A stretch of 46,406 nt of DNA from Fibrobacterota bacterium (GCA_043753995.1 JAYUVP010000141.1:1-46406); one strand, 5' to 3'; shown: positions 8,549 through 18,240, counted from the stretch's first letter. Program-made: numbers and translations. Notes: generated from the letters alone by a model not told the origin.

Positions 8549-8792
8549 GACCAGCCTAACAGGTATCCAACTCAAAGTCTTAGAATTCCTAGTAGAATAC
8601 CAAGACCTCAATGGCTGCGGCCCAAGCCAAAGGACCATTGCGCAGCGATTCGAATGGGCTTCAAGTTATGCGCCCGTCTCCCACCTGGAGGCATTGGAAC
8701 GCAAGGGATATATCGCGAGGAAGCCGAGAATGCCGGGCCACATTCGGATTTTGAAGAGGCCGGAATCGGCGCAAGTGGCGGAGGCGGTTTAG
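8547..8792 (+). CDS. Stand-alone LexA-type DNA-binding (wHTH) protein
   Basis: 'LTGIQLKVLEFL...GCGPSQRTIA...HLEALERKGYI.R' matches the LexA N-terminal domain; no peptidase domain. Confidence 0.88.
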   Translation: MTSLTGIQLKVLEFLVEYQDLNGCGPSQRTIAQRFEWASSYAPVSHLEALERKGYIARKPRMPGHIRILKRPESAQVAEAV

Positions 8793-8795
8793 GCG

Positions 8796-9002
8796 ATGTG
8801 CGAGTATCGCGGCATGAAAATGGGCAGAGCCAAGTGGACACCTCCCAGAAAACCAGAGTGTTGCGACTGTCATCAAGCCTTGAGTCCAGAAAACAGCGCA
8901 AAGTGGACAAGCTTAAGATGCTTTTCTTGTTATCGCGTCTACGATAAAATACGACACGGTATGGGCTCGAAATCAAAGCAATTAGCCAAGTATGCCACGT
9001 AA
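8796..9002 (+). CDS. Small Zn-finger-like protein
   Basis: CCDC...CFSC; lies between the LexA-like gene and terS. Confidence 0.5.
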   Translation: MCEYRGMKMGRAKWTPPRKPECCDCHQALSPENSAKWTSLRCFSCYRVYDKIRHGMGSKSKQLAKYAT

Positions 9003-9420
9003 AGCCACGGGCCCCACCGGTAAAAAAATGGGGCGCCCCCCAAAGATTTTTAATTGGGTTCAAGTTGCCGAAATGTGCAGCCTGAACATGACGGTGCTAG
9101 AAATTTGTCGCGTCTTGTCTTGCGATGATATGACGCTTCGTGCCGCCTGTGAGCGAGAAAAAGGGATCACTTTATCGGCATTCTACAATCAGCACCGCGA
9201 AAAGGCGAAAATGTCTTTGCGCCGAATGCAGTGGAGAAACGCCAAAAAGGGCAGCGACAAAATGGCGATATGGCTCGGCATACAAGAACTTGGCCAACGC
9301 AACCGCACAGACATCACAAGCGGTGACGAGGCATTCCCGCAAGCCCAAGTTATCATGCCGGATAACGGTCGCGACCCCCAAGAAGCCCCCGAGCCAGGAC
9401 AATTCGGCGAGGGTTCTTGA
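8992..9420 (+). CDS. Terminase small subunit (putative)
   Basis: GRPPK, HTH, 'SLRRMQW...MAIWLG..ELGQ'; directly upstream of terL. Confidence 0.8.
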   Translation: MPRKATGPTGKKMGRPPKIFNWVQVAEMCSLNMTVLEICRVLSCDDMTLRAACEREKGITLSAFYNQHREKAKMSLRRMQWRNAKKGSDKMAIWLGIQELGQRNRTDITSGDEAFPQAQVIMPDNGRDPQEAPEPGQFGEGS

Positions 9421-10772
9421 TTGCGCAGCTTCCGCCTATCCAAGCCCATGCCGGGCCACAAAGCCAGTTCCTAGGCAGTCAAGCCGACATCGCCATTTAT
9501 GGTGGCGCAGCAGGAGGCGGCAAGTCGTGGGCGCTCCTGATGGAGCCGCTCAGACACATCCACAGGCCAGGATTCGGCGCTGTAGCTTTCCGTCGCACAA
9601 CACCACAGATTCGAAACGAGGGCGGCCTTTGGGATACGTCCATGCGAATGTATCCGCTTGTGGGAGGCTCGCCACGGGAACAAACTCTGACATGGAAATG
9701 GAAAAGCGGCGCCTCGCTCTCCATGTCCCACCTCCAATATGACAACACGGTGCTCGATTGGCAGGGGTCGCAAATCCCCCTGATTCTTTTCGATGAGCTC
9801 ACCCACTTCTCTGCCCGCCAATTCTGGTACATGCTCTCCCGTAACCGAAGCGATACGGCAGGGGTCAGGCCCTATGTCAGGGCGGGTACAAACCCAAGCA
9901 AAAAGTCTTTCGTCCGCCACCTGATTGATTGGTGGATCGGCGATGACGGATTTCCAATTTATTCGAGGTCTGGGAAAATCCGTTATTTCTTCCGCGACGA
10001 AGACAAGCTGATATGGGTTCACCCAAGCGCCCGCGACCGTTTTGGCAATGCCCCAAAATCCATCACCTTCGTTCCATCTCGCCTGAGCGACAATCCCACT
10101 CTTTGCAAGCGTGACCCAGGCTATGCGGCCAACTTGGCAGCCCAGGACCGCGCCGAGCGCATGCGTTTGCTTGAAGGCAACTGGGATGTTGACGACTCAG
10201 GAGGAATGTTCGACCCGGAATGGTTCATCATTGAGGCGCGCGTGCCGGCGCACATCGAGCTTCGAATCATTCGGTATTGGGATAGAGCAGCATCGGAGGT
10301 GAGTGCAAAAAATCCCGACCCAGATTGGACGGCTGGGGCTCTTGTCGGAATTGACCAATTCGGCGAGCTGTGGATACTCGACATGATCCACTTCCGAGGC
10401 GAACCACTGGAGAATGAGCGGCGCATTAAAAATGCCGCTGACAATGACGGTAGAGACCTTCCAATCCTAATCGAACAAGAGCCTGGAAGCGCGGGAAAGG
10501 ATGTTTTTTCGCATTACCAAACCCGGGTGTTAGCTGGGTACACCGTCCGCAATGACCGGCCCACCGGATCCAAAGTCGACCGGGCAAGACCATGGGCTGC
10601 GCTTGCCGAAAACCGCAAAGTTCACATTCTCGCCGGGAAATGGAATGCGCCTTTTCTGGCCGAGGCAAAAAACTTCCCAAATGGGAAAAAAGATCAAATC
10701 GACGCGGTATCTGGTGCATACGCTTGTCACTTTGAGCCCGTCGAGATTGGCGGCGTGAATATCCATTATTAG
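9417..10772 (+). CDS. terL: Terminase large subunit
   Basis: Walker A GGAAGGGKS, Walker B FDELTHF, nuclease WD...PDWT and DQIDA. Confidence 0.96.
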   Translation: MIAQLPPIQAHAGPQSQFLGSQADIAIYGGAAGGGKSWALLMEPLRHIHRPGFGAVAFRRTTPQIRNEGGLWDTSMRMYPLVGGSPREQTLTWKWKSGASLSMSHLQYDNTVLDWQGSQIPLILFDELTHFSARQFWYMLSRNRSDTAGVRPYVRAGTNPSKKSFVRHLIDWWIGDDGFPIYSRSGKIRYFFRDEDKLIWVHPSARDRFGNAPKSITFVPSRLSDNPTLCKRDPGYAANLAAQDRAERMRLLEGNWDVDDSGGMFDPEWFIIEARVPAHIELRIIRYWDRAASEVSAKNPDPDWTAGALVGIDQFGELWILDMIHFRGEPLENERRIKNAADNDGRDLPILIEQEPGSAGKDVFSHYQTRVLAGYTVRNDRPTGSKVDRARPWAALAENRKVHILAGKWNAPFLAEAKNFPNGKKDQIDAVSGAYACHFEPVEIGGVNIHY

Positions 10773-10780
10773 GGGACTGC

Positions 10781-12211
10781 ATGGCCGCACTGAGCGACGA
10801 TGTCAAATTGGCTGGTACCGCTATTGCAGGCGCAGCGCCACAAGTGGCCTACCATGGCCCAGACATTATTTCGATCAACCCTTATCAGTTTGTGCGTGAG
10901 GCCGACAATGGATCGGGTGGGTTCGCGAACAATGAGTATTTGATCCCGCACACGCGCGAAAGAATGTTGGCGGAGAGAAAGCAATATTCCTATTACCCTA
11001 ACTTTTTCAAGCGCATCATCAATGCGCTTGTCGATCCCGTTTATCGCGAAGAACCGAAGCGAAACGAAGCAACCGGAAACGAGCTTTTCGCGAAATTCAT
11101 GACCAACTGCAACCGGCGAGGCACGCCGTGGGCAAGGTGGATTCGCAGCGTGGCCCGCAAGGTGCGGCGCTATGGTGTCGGCTTCGTGGTCGTCGACAAT
11201 GACGCCAAACCGGCGCCGACGCTGGCTGAGGCCGTGGCGAAGGACCAGCGGCCATACGTGTATTTCGTGAGCCCAGAGCGCGTGGTCTCCTACCAGTACG
11301 ACAACATGGGCGCGTTGACCGAGCTTCGCTTCTATGAAGATCGCCGCGTGGGAGGGGAGAAAGAGAAATTCCAAAGGTCAATAACCGCCGCGGGTTGGTT
11401 TCTTTATAAAAAAGTGAAAGACGAGTGGGTGCAGGATTCTTCAGGCGCATACACCATTGGAGTTATCCCTGTTGTGCCTATTTATGACGATCTCCCCGAA
11501 GACGAAGAAGATCCAATATTATCACTTCCGCCTCTTTATCATATTGCCCGCCTGAATCATGCCATCATGAATATTTGCAGCGAAATGCGAGAGCAGGAAC
11601 GCGGGCAAATGTTCAGCCTGCTGAAGCTGCCTAAGCCGGCCGGTTCGGTAATCCCCAGCGCCCTCACGATCGGTATTGGTAACGCCATCACCTACGACCC
11701 AAAGGACGGCGGCGATCCGGGATTCATCGGTCCAGACCCGGCAATTCTTGAGGCGGTAATGAAGGATCGGGATTTCCTGATTCAGCAAATGTTCGAAATG
11801 GCCTCAGTCCTGGGGGTAAGTTCCAAGCAAAACAAAGACTCTAGCGGCTGGAAGGTCGAGGTTCAATTCCAAAGCTCGAACCAGAATTTGATCACTTTCA
11901 CTAGCGTGATGGAGTCCGCCGAAGTAAGCGTCGTAGACATCGTGGATTTATTCCTGCGGGCGAATCTCGAATTCACTGTGGAATACTCCGATAATTTTGG
12001 CCTCATCAACGACATGTCCGAGATTACGCAAATGCAGGAATCCTTGGCTGTTGCCGAGCTTCCAGCAAAAGTGAGGAAGGCTGTGGTCAAAGATTGGGTT
12101 GGCTCGCGGTTCCGTAGCCTGCCTCCGGACGAATTACAGGAATTGCTTGATGCTGTCGACCAGAACGCTATTGATGAGCAGCACACAGAAACTATTCCTG
12201 TAGCGGCGTAA
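10781..12211 (+). CDS. Portal protein
   Basis: 476 aa directly after terL; 'YYPNFFKRII' and 'IGVIPVV'. Confidence 0.85.
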   Translation: MAALSDDVKLAGTAIAGAAPQVAYHGPDIISINPYQFVREADNGSGGFANNEYLIPHTRERMLAERKQYSYYPNFFKRIINALVDPVYREEPKRNEATGNELFAKFMTNCNRRGTPWARWIRSVARKVRRYGVGFVVVDNDAKPAPTLAEAVAKDQRPYVYFVSPERVVSYQYDNMGALTELRFYEDRRVGGEKEKFQRSITAAGWFLYKKVKDEWVQDSSGAYTIGVIPVVPIYDDLPEDEEDPILSLPPLYHIARLNHAIMNICSEMREQERGQMFSLLKLPKPAGSVIPSALTIGIGNAITYDPKDGGDPGFIGPDPAILEAVMKDRDFLIQQMFEMASVLGVSSKQNKDSSGWKVEVQFQSSNQNLITFTSVMESAEVSVVDIVDLFLRANLEFTVEYSDNFGLINDMSEITQMQESLAVAELPAKVRKAVVKDWVGSRFRSLPPDELQELLDAVDQNAIDEQHTETIPVAA

Positions 12212-13920
12212 TGCCCAAGGCAAACCCGGTGGCGGCCCTGGTCCGGGCGTTCTCTCAGGCCTTCGGCACCATGGCCGAAAATGTCATAGCCTCGATTGAC
12301 CAGCAAATGAAGGCCGGAGCGACACCGCAAGACGCGGTCGCTTTTGCTTTCCAGGTCCATGACGTTCAGGGGACAATCAAAAAAGAAATCCTCGACGGCA
12401 TGGTGACCGCTGTCGCCATTGGCTATGGCATTGAACCGCGACTAATCGCTAATCCGATCGGCCTTCGAGCAACCTTTTTGAATTCCCATTGGCCAGGTGA
12501 TCTCCTGACTATGTCCCGTCGCATTGCGTCCAAGGAAATGCAGGCGGTGGCGTCTGATACCATTTCCGCCAATCTCTTGGCGTCGAGAGCCTTCAATCAC
12601 CGCGTAGCGACATGGCAGGAAATGGCCAACGACTTGTCCGGCCAAATGCCTGGTGGTCGGCAAACTATCCTCCCTGGCGAGCTATCGCAGGCCCAGGGCG
12701 ATGTGATTCGGCATGCCCGCCGAGTGATGGGTGGCGAGGGTAGCGCGGCTGTTTCCGACCTCAATCGAGCATTAACCACAGCAAGATCGCAGGCTGAAAG
12801 GCTTGGTCGCTCAGGGGCGCCAAATCAATCCCTGAAGGCCGCTTACTTCGATGTCGCCGACAAGGCCCAGGCCTTGACTGCGAAGGGTTTGGAGAGAGCC
12901 ATTAAAACCGCCGTCATCGAAAAGACCAGGTATAACGCCGAGCGAATCGCGCGCACGGAGATGGCCAGGGCCTACGGGACCGGTGTGCTCGCGAAGGCGG
13001 ATGAAGACGTTGACGTGATTGGTATCAAATCATCGCTGTCTTCTCGGCACCAGGAAACCGACATTTGCGACTTTCACGCGCACGCAAACCTATACGGCAT
13101 GGGTCCAGGAGTCTTCCCCAAGGGCAAGGCCCCGCCTTATCCATATCACCCACATTGTCTCTGCATCCTGTCCGAGGTTTACGAGGGCGAGGCCGAAGTC
13201 GCCGACTTCCAAAAAGACAAGGGCGCCAAGTTTCTCAAGGCGCTTCCGGCGACACAAAAGCGCCTTTTGCTCGGTGCCGAAGGGGCAAAGAAAATCGACG
13301 GCTGGGAAAAAAACCTGAAAGGGTGGCAAGGGCATGGAGCTCCGCGCGCCTATAAAATCAAGACCGCCGATTTAAAGCCGGCCGAAAAAGCATCAAACCA
13401 GGCGGAAAGGGTTCGTGAGATAGAGGCAAAAATCAGGCCTCAGCATTTCGAATCCCTTGCGATAATTTCGCCCACTGGGGAAATGTTGGCCTTCAAGGAT
13501 GGCACGCATAACAGCGTCGACGTTTCCGATATCAAGCACTTGATAAAAGGGAACGTCGTCACCCACAATCACCCTGCTGGCTGGAAGTCGCCAGAGAATT
13601 CGCCCATGCGTGGAGGTAATTCATTTTCCAATGCCGATATTCGCGTTGCCGTGGCGAACGGGGCCAAGGAAATACGCGCAGCCTCCCCTTTGTGGGATCA
13701 CATTTACAGACCGGCGCCAGGAGCCGCTACCGAAGGTCTTTTAGATGCTTACGGGCTGGCTGACACGGCAGTGAGGCGGGAAACGATGAGAAAAATACGG
13801 CTTGGAGAAATAGACACCGACACGGCAAGTGCATCCCATTGTCATTTGGTGATGGAGATTTTTACCAAGCAATTTGGCGGCCAGTATTTTAGACTTCCGG
13901 CAGGATCGGAGGTGCCGTGA
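12211..13920 (+). CDS. MuF/SPP1 gp7-like minor head protein with a C-terminal JAB/MPN-like extension
   Basis: AERIARTEMARAY, DICD and PYHPHCLC MuF motifs; C-terminal E...THNHP...SFSNAD. Confidence 0.88.
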   Translation: MPKANPVAALVRAFSQAFGTMAENVIASIDQQMKAGATPQDAVAFAFQVHDVQGTIKKEILDGMVTAVAIGYGIEPRLIANPIGLRATFLNSHWPGDLLTMSRRIASKEMQAVASDTISANLLASRAFNHRVATWQEMANDLSGQMPGGRQTILPGELSQAQGDVIRHARRVMGGEGSAAVSDLNRALTTARSQAERLGRSGAPNQSLKAAYFDVADKAQALTAKGLERAIKTAVIEKTRYNAERIARTEMARAYGTGVLAKADEDVDVIGIKSSLSSRHQETDICDFHAHANLYGMGPGVFPKGKAPPYPYHPHCLCILSEVYEGEAEVADFQKDKGAKFLKALPATQKRLLLGAEGAKKIDGWEKNLKGWQGHGAPRAYKIKTADLKPAEKASNQAERVREIEAKIRPQHFESLAIISPTGEMLAFKDGTHNSVDVSDIKHLIKGNVVTHNHPAGWKSPENSPMRGGNSFSNADIRVAVANGAKEIRAASPLWDHIYRPAPGAATEGLLDAYGLADTAVRRETMRKIRLGEIDTDTASASHCHLVMEIFTKQFGGQYFRLPAGSEVP

Positions 13921-14129
13921 AAATCGACGGTGACAGCGAAATTCCCGAGTATTCCCCGGTATGCGCATACTGTTCGCACTTGCGCAATGATGGCCTTGGG
14001 CGCAACTGTAAGGCCTTCTCGGGTGGCATCCCCATGCCTATTTGGATAGGCGAAAACAAACACACCCAGCCTTATTCAGGTGACGGTGGCGTGACGTTCT
14101 CGCCCGCCTCTCCTTCCCCAAACAAGTGA
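13917..14129 (+). CDS. Small Cys-rich protein, candidate immunity or partner of the MuF extension
   Basis: GTGA-coupled; CAYC...CKAFSGGIP...H...GDGG.F. Confidence 0.7.
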   Translation: MKIDGDSEIPEYSPVCAYCSHLRNDGLGRNCKAFSGGIPMPIWIGENKHTQPYSGDGGVTFSPASPSPNK

Positions 14130-14397
14130 CGAAATAGGGCCTCGAAAAGCCCATCCTTCACGCGCTGGTCAAATTCGTCGGGGCTCATGAGATAATTTGA
14201 AGGCTCGCCAAGAAAATTTTCGTCTTGGGCGTCACCCCCTACATCTTCCGCCATGACAGCAATTTATGTCGATGCCCGCCCTCTTTGGTGCTTGCCATCC
14301 AAATCAATTTGGGAAAATTTGGGAACATTGAAAGCCTAAGCGCCCAAATTCACGCGTAACCTTGACTCGACAACACGCGCAAAGTCAAGGAGGCTGC

Positions 14398-15129
14398 GTG
14401 CCTGTATTCGACGACGTAAAGAAGGCCCTGGCGGCCCTCGACAAAGGCTCCGAGCTTGTGTCGGTCCTGGAGACCAACATCACGGAGCTGGTGACGGCAG
14501 AGCAAAACAAAGGCAAGGAAGAGAAGGGTCAGGCGAATCGCGAAGCTGAAGGGCTACGCAAGCGCTTGAAACGGTTCGAAGAAACTTTCGGTCTTGACTC
14601 CAAGGCTGACGATTTCGATTCGAAGCTCACCGAAACTAAAGCCAAGCTCACCGCCCCGCCCGCTTCCGGTAAGGAATCCGATATCAAAACGCATCCTGAG
14701 TTTTTGGCCCTCAATGAAAAATTGACGGCCTTCGAAAAAAACCAGAAAGAGCGTGACGATCGCGAGAAGCTGAACCGTGAAAAGCTGGTGGAAAAAACTC
14801 GTCGAACTGCAGCGCTCGAAGGCTTGACCAAGCTCAAAGTGCATGAAAAAGCATTGACGGACGCCGTCGATCTAGTTTCCCGGAAAATCAAAGTCCGTGA
14901 CGATGATTCGGTTTTCGTGGAAGACGACAAGGGCAACCCCATGACCGTCGAGGCCTACGTGGCCGCGTACGTCAAGGACCGCCCGCACATCGTCGAAAAT
15001 AGCCAAGGCCCTGGCGGCGGTGGCGGTCCCGGAGGTGGAGAAGGGCGACCCAACGACAAGCCCGACAACATTGCGGAACGCACTAAGGCGCTCCGCGAAC
15101 GCCAGGCCCAATTCAGCCCGATTATTTAA
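14398..15129 (+). CDS. Capsid scaffolding protein
   Basis: Charged coiled coil with a Gly-rich tail, directly before the capsid gene; GGAGG RBS with GTG start. Confidence 0.85.
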   Translation: MPVFDDVKKALAALDKGSELVSVLETNITELVTAEQNKGKEEKGQANREAEGLRKRLKRFEETFGLDSKADDFDSKLTETKAKLTAPPASGKESDIKTHPEFLALNEKLTAFEKNQKERDDREKLNREKLVEKTRRTAALEGLTKLKVHEKALTDAVDLVSRKIKVRDDDSVFVEDDKGNPMTVEAYVAAYVKDRPHIVENSQGPGGGGGPGGGEGRPNDKPDNIAERTKALRERQAQFSPII

Positions 15130-15162
15130 TCGGTTTAGCCTGGCGAGCTTGAAGGGCTCGCT

Positions 15163-16293
15163 ATGTCAACTTTCATCACCCCCGCTCAACTCGCAGACGT
15201 CACCCTTGATGCTGCGATTCACTTGCAAGACAACCTCGTCGCCGGTAACCTTTGCCTGCGAAATGTCGAGCAGCAATTTGCCAGCCACATTGGCGACGAA
15301 GTGACCGTCAAGGTTCCGGCCGATCTCGGCACCGCCGACGAATTGGTGACCACGGCATCCAATACCGCCATCACGCAGACCAGCACCAAGATGAAGCTGG
15401 AGAAGCACTTCTACAAGAAGATTCCTTTGACCGCCAAGGAAAAATCCCTGCAGGTGGTGGACTTCGAAATGGAAGTTGTCTTGCCCGCCGTGCTCGCGGT
15501 GGCCACCTCGGTCGAGCGATACCTTTTGGAGCGCTGGACCGGCTTCTTCAATCGCACCTTGTCCGGCACTGCCGGCACCAGCCCTTCCACGGTCGCGCAC
15601 CTGCTCGCTGCTCGCAAAGCTCTGTTCGATGCTCGCGTTCCCATGGGTAACATGGTGGCGATTATCGATTCGACCGCCGAGCAAGCGCTCCTGCAGGTCG
15701 CCCAGTTCACCTCTGCGGACTATGGCGCTGATCGCCCGCTGGCTCTGCGCGAAGCGGCCCTCGGCAAAATGCACAAGACCGCATTCTTCGTCACGCAGGG
15801 AGCGCTCAGCACTTTCAATCGCGGCGATGTTGCCGGAACCGTCCTAGTCAACGGCGGAAGTCAAAGCGGCACGTCCTTGGTCATTGATGGCTTGACGGCC
15901 GCGACCGGCACCATTTATCGCGGCACTCGATTAACCATCAACGCCATTTCGAATTATACGGCAGTTGTCGCCGAGGATGCGACCATTGCTGGAAATGCCG
16001 CAACCCTCACCCTGGTCACGGCCCTGCCTTCATCCCCTGCGGACAATGCGGCCATCACATTCGGAACCGCCCCGACCAAGAACATCGTGTACAACCCCAT
16101 GGCCGCCCTGGGCGCCATCGTTGCCCCCGCCCCCTTCGCCACGGATTACTCCAAGGTGCAGAAGGTCGGAGGCTTGTCGATGCGTGTCTCCATCATCCCT
16201 GACGCATCCACCCTTGGCGATGCGCTGATCGTCGACACCTTCGCAGCTGCCGGCGTTCGCCACCCCAATCACGGCGCTGTCTGGCAAGGATAA
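15163..16293 (+). CDS. Major capsid protein, P22 coat-like (HK97 fold with insertion domain)
   Basis: 'IGDEVTVKVP', 'LREAALGK', beta-rich insertion and position. Confidence 0.9.
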   Translation: MSTFITPAQLADVTLDAAIHLQDNLVAGNLCLRNVEQQFASHIGDEVTVKVPADLGTADELVTTASNTAITQTSTKMKLEKHFYKKIPLTAKEKSLQVVDFEMEVVLPAVLAVATSVERYLLERWTGFFNRTLSGTAGTSPSTVAHLLAARKALFDARVPMGNMVAIIDSTAEQALLQVAQFTSADYGADRPLALREAALGKMHKTAFFVTQGALSTFNRGDVAGTVLVNGGSQSGTSLVIDGLTAATGTIYRGTRLTINAISNYTAVVAEDATIAGNAATLTLVTALPSSPADNAAITFGTAPTKNIVYNPMAALGAIVAPAPFATDYSKVQKVGGLSMRVSIIPDASTLGDALIVDTFAAAGVRHPNHGAVWQG

Positions 16294-16302
16294 TCCAAGC
16301 GT

Positions 16303-16342
16303 GAAGGGCGACGGCTATCAAGTCCGATCGCCCTTCCGTTTC
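16303..16342 (+). terminator. Hairpin after the capsid gene (weak terminator or stabiliser)
   Basis: GAAGGGCGA/TCGCCCTTC stem with a short U tract. Confidence 0.5.
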
Positions 16343-16367
16343 ATCATCAAATCACTAAGGAGGCTGT

Positions 16368-16667
16368 GTGGCAAAGATCAGAATTCAAAAAGGTGCCGTG
16401 GCCGAGCAGGTCACGGAAATCGACGAAACCGACTTGGCGGCTTGGGAAAAGCACGGCTGGAAGCGGATTGACATGGAGTTATTGGCCAAGCGATCGCCGT
16501 TCACCAAGGACCAACTCGATACCATCGAAATCGAGGAGAAGTGGGTCGAGGAGCGAGCCGAAAAGGACGCTTCCGCCGAGCCTCCCAAAACCGAAGGCGC
16601 TTTCGGGCCCAATTCCGAAGAGGCCCAGGGAAGCGGCACGGTTCCTCAAGGGCGACGCACGAAATAA
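16368..16667 (+). CDS. Hypothetical head-associated protein
   Basis: Strong TAAGGAGG RBS with GTG start; follows the capsid gene. Confidence 0.7.
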   Translation: MAKIRIQKGAVAEQVTEIDETDLAAWEKHGWKRIDMELLAKRSPFTKDQLDTIEIEEKWVEERAEKDASAEPPKTEGAFGPNSEEAQGSGTVPQGRRTK

Positions 16668-16670
16668 GCC

Positions 16671-17153
16671 ATGGACCTCTCAGTCAAAATAAACCGGGCT
16701 AATGCGCTCAAGGCTCTCCAGGCAATGCCCGAAGACCTTGGCCGCGCCATGCGCCTAGCCCTCAAGGCTGGCACCCGGGATATTCAGGTCGCAGCGCGGC
16801 AGGACCACAAGTTCGCGCCTCGCAGCGGCAACGCTGACCGCTCCATTTCCACGCAGGTAGACGGCCTTCGCGGGCGCGTATTCCTCGACACCGGCATCGC
16901 GCCTTACGCTCCTGGATTGCATGAGGGTACCGGATTGTACGGTCCTCGCGGGCAAGCAATTCGCGTCGAGCCGACGAGCAAAAAGGCTTTGCGATTCGTG
17001 AAGGGCGGCAAATTCATGTTTAGCCGCGGGCACATGATCAAAGGCATCAAGGGCGACCCGTTTTTATACCGCGCCGCCGAGCGTGAGCGCCCCAGCTTCG
17101 AAAAGCGAATCGATCGAAACATCGCCAAGGTCATCAAGGATCGGGGCCTCTGA
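16671..17153 (+). CDS. HK97 gp10-like neck/tail completion protein
   Basis: RSGNADRSI, APYA..LHEGTG, GIKGDPFL. Confidence 0.85.
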   Translation: MDLSVKINRANALKALQAMPEDLGRAMRLALKAGTRDIQVAARQDHKFAPRSGNADRSISTQVDGLRGRVFLDTGIAPYAPGLHEGTGLYGPRGQAIRVEPTSKKALRFVKGGKFMFSRGHMIKGIKGDPFLYRAAERERPSFEKRIDRNIAKVIKDRGL

Positions 17154-17545
17154 TGGCGGCTCACTTCATCACCTCGGTCGACATCACTGACGCCGCTCTT
17201 TTCCCATTGGTCACGCCGAATTATTTGACGAAGACCGATCAGGATTTGGCCTCGCTTGCTCGCATGCGCGGGGTAACCGAAGACGATATTGAGCGTGACC
17301 CGCTGGATCACTTGCTGCGGGAATTGGCTATCGCCTACTGCTGCAAGCGAATCTGCATCGACAAGATGGGCATCAACCCGCAAGCCTATGGCATGGGCGT
17401 CGAAGTCGATATCTATGCGTCTAAGCTCAAGCATTACAAAGCAGAAATTGATCGGCTGGAACCCATCATCACCGCCGAGGTTTTGACAGGTGTGGCCGAT
17501 TCCGCCGAAGAGTATTCATCCTCAGTCGAACTTTTCCGAGGGTAG
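17153..17545 (+). CDS. Putative head-tail adaptor
   Basis: Helical 130-aa protein; 'LRELAIAY'; ends in VELFRG; position. Confidence 0.65.
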   Translation: MAAHFITSVDITDAALFPLVTPNYLTKTDQDLASLARMRGVTEDDIERDPLDHLLRELAIAYCCKRICIDKMGINPQAYGMGVEVDIYASKLKHYKAEIDRLEPIITAEVLTGVADSAEEYSSSVELFRG

Positions 17546-17548
17546 CAC

Positions 17549-17935
17549 GTGATTTCTTATTGGCGCGAAAAGTTTTTGAAGGATTGGCCTAGCCGGGTAC
17601 TACTCACGGCGCTGACCGCTGCGATGATTTTCTTTTGGACCAATGGCGTAAAGGTGGTCAAAGCCGAAAGCGGCTCATTCGTCATTCAAGTTGTAAAGCC
17701 TTCGATTGATTCTCTGAAAAACCAAGTCGATACTCTCGGCGCACAAATGGAAGAACTCAAGGCGCAGCAAGACAAGACTGCGAATATTCAGCGCGAGTTT
17801 TTCGGCGCGATGATGGAGGTTTTTCCGGCCCTAAAAAAATCTGTGCAAGAGCGAGGAAAACAAAACAGCGATGTGATTTTGAAAAAAGCAGAGTCGGAAA
17901 GATTATTGGAAAAGCTTACAGAGGCCAACCCATGA
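17549..17935 (+). CDS. Single-TM plus coiled-coil protein (possible holin/spanin-type lysis protein)
   Basis: Hydrophobic VLLTALTAAMIFFW followed by heptad repeats. Confidence 0.55.
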   Translation: MISYWREKFLKDWPSRVLLTALTAAMIFFWTNGVKVVKAESGSFVIQVVKPSIDSLKNQVDTLGAQMEELKAQQDKTANIQREFFGAMMEVFPALKKSVQERGKQNSDVILKKAESERLLEKLTEANP

Positions 17936-18240
17936 GCCTCACCCTTTCGATACTCACGGGCGTCCTTATTTTCACAATCTGCATTGTGGTTTTCGCGGAA
18001 ATCGCAATGCGCCGAAACGGCAGCGGAATCGCGCAGGCAGTTTATGCCGCCTGCATGCCAAAGGTCAATATCCATTTCCAGGTAATCCGCGCAGACGGAA
18101 CGCGCGAAGAAATCAGGCAGGCGCGCACATCCAAAGCGACCTTTGCCGCCCGTGTGAAGCTATTGAAAATATCCGTCCTCATGCGCCTAAAAGTTTCGCT
18201 TGAGGACTTATCAAATTATCTCAGAAATCTTGGAGGCTAA
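17932..18240 (+). CDS. Hypothetical protein with an N-terminal TM segment
   Basis: ATGA-coupled; hydrophobic first 25 aa; VIRADGTREE motif. Confidence 0.6.
   Translation: MSLTLSILTGVLIFTICIVVFAEIAMRRNGSGIAQAVYAACMPKVNIHFQVIRADGTREEIRQARTSKATFAARVKLLKISVLMRLKVSLEDLSNYLRNLGG

Noticed and set aside
9417..10772. Intein or intron in the terminase
   Set aside because: The length is normal, the motifs are contiguous and there are no splicing signatures.
15820..16080. Capsid beta-rich insertion as a novelty
   Set aside because: It is consistent with the insertion domain normal for P22-like coat proteins.
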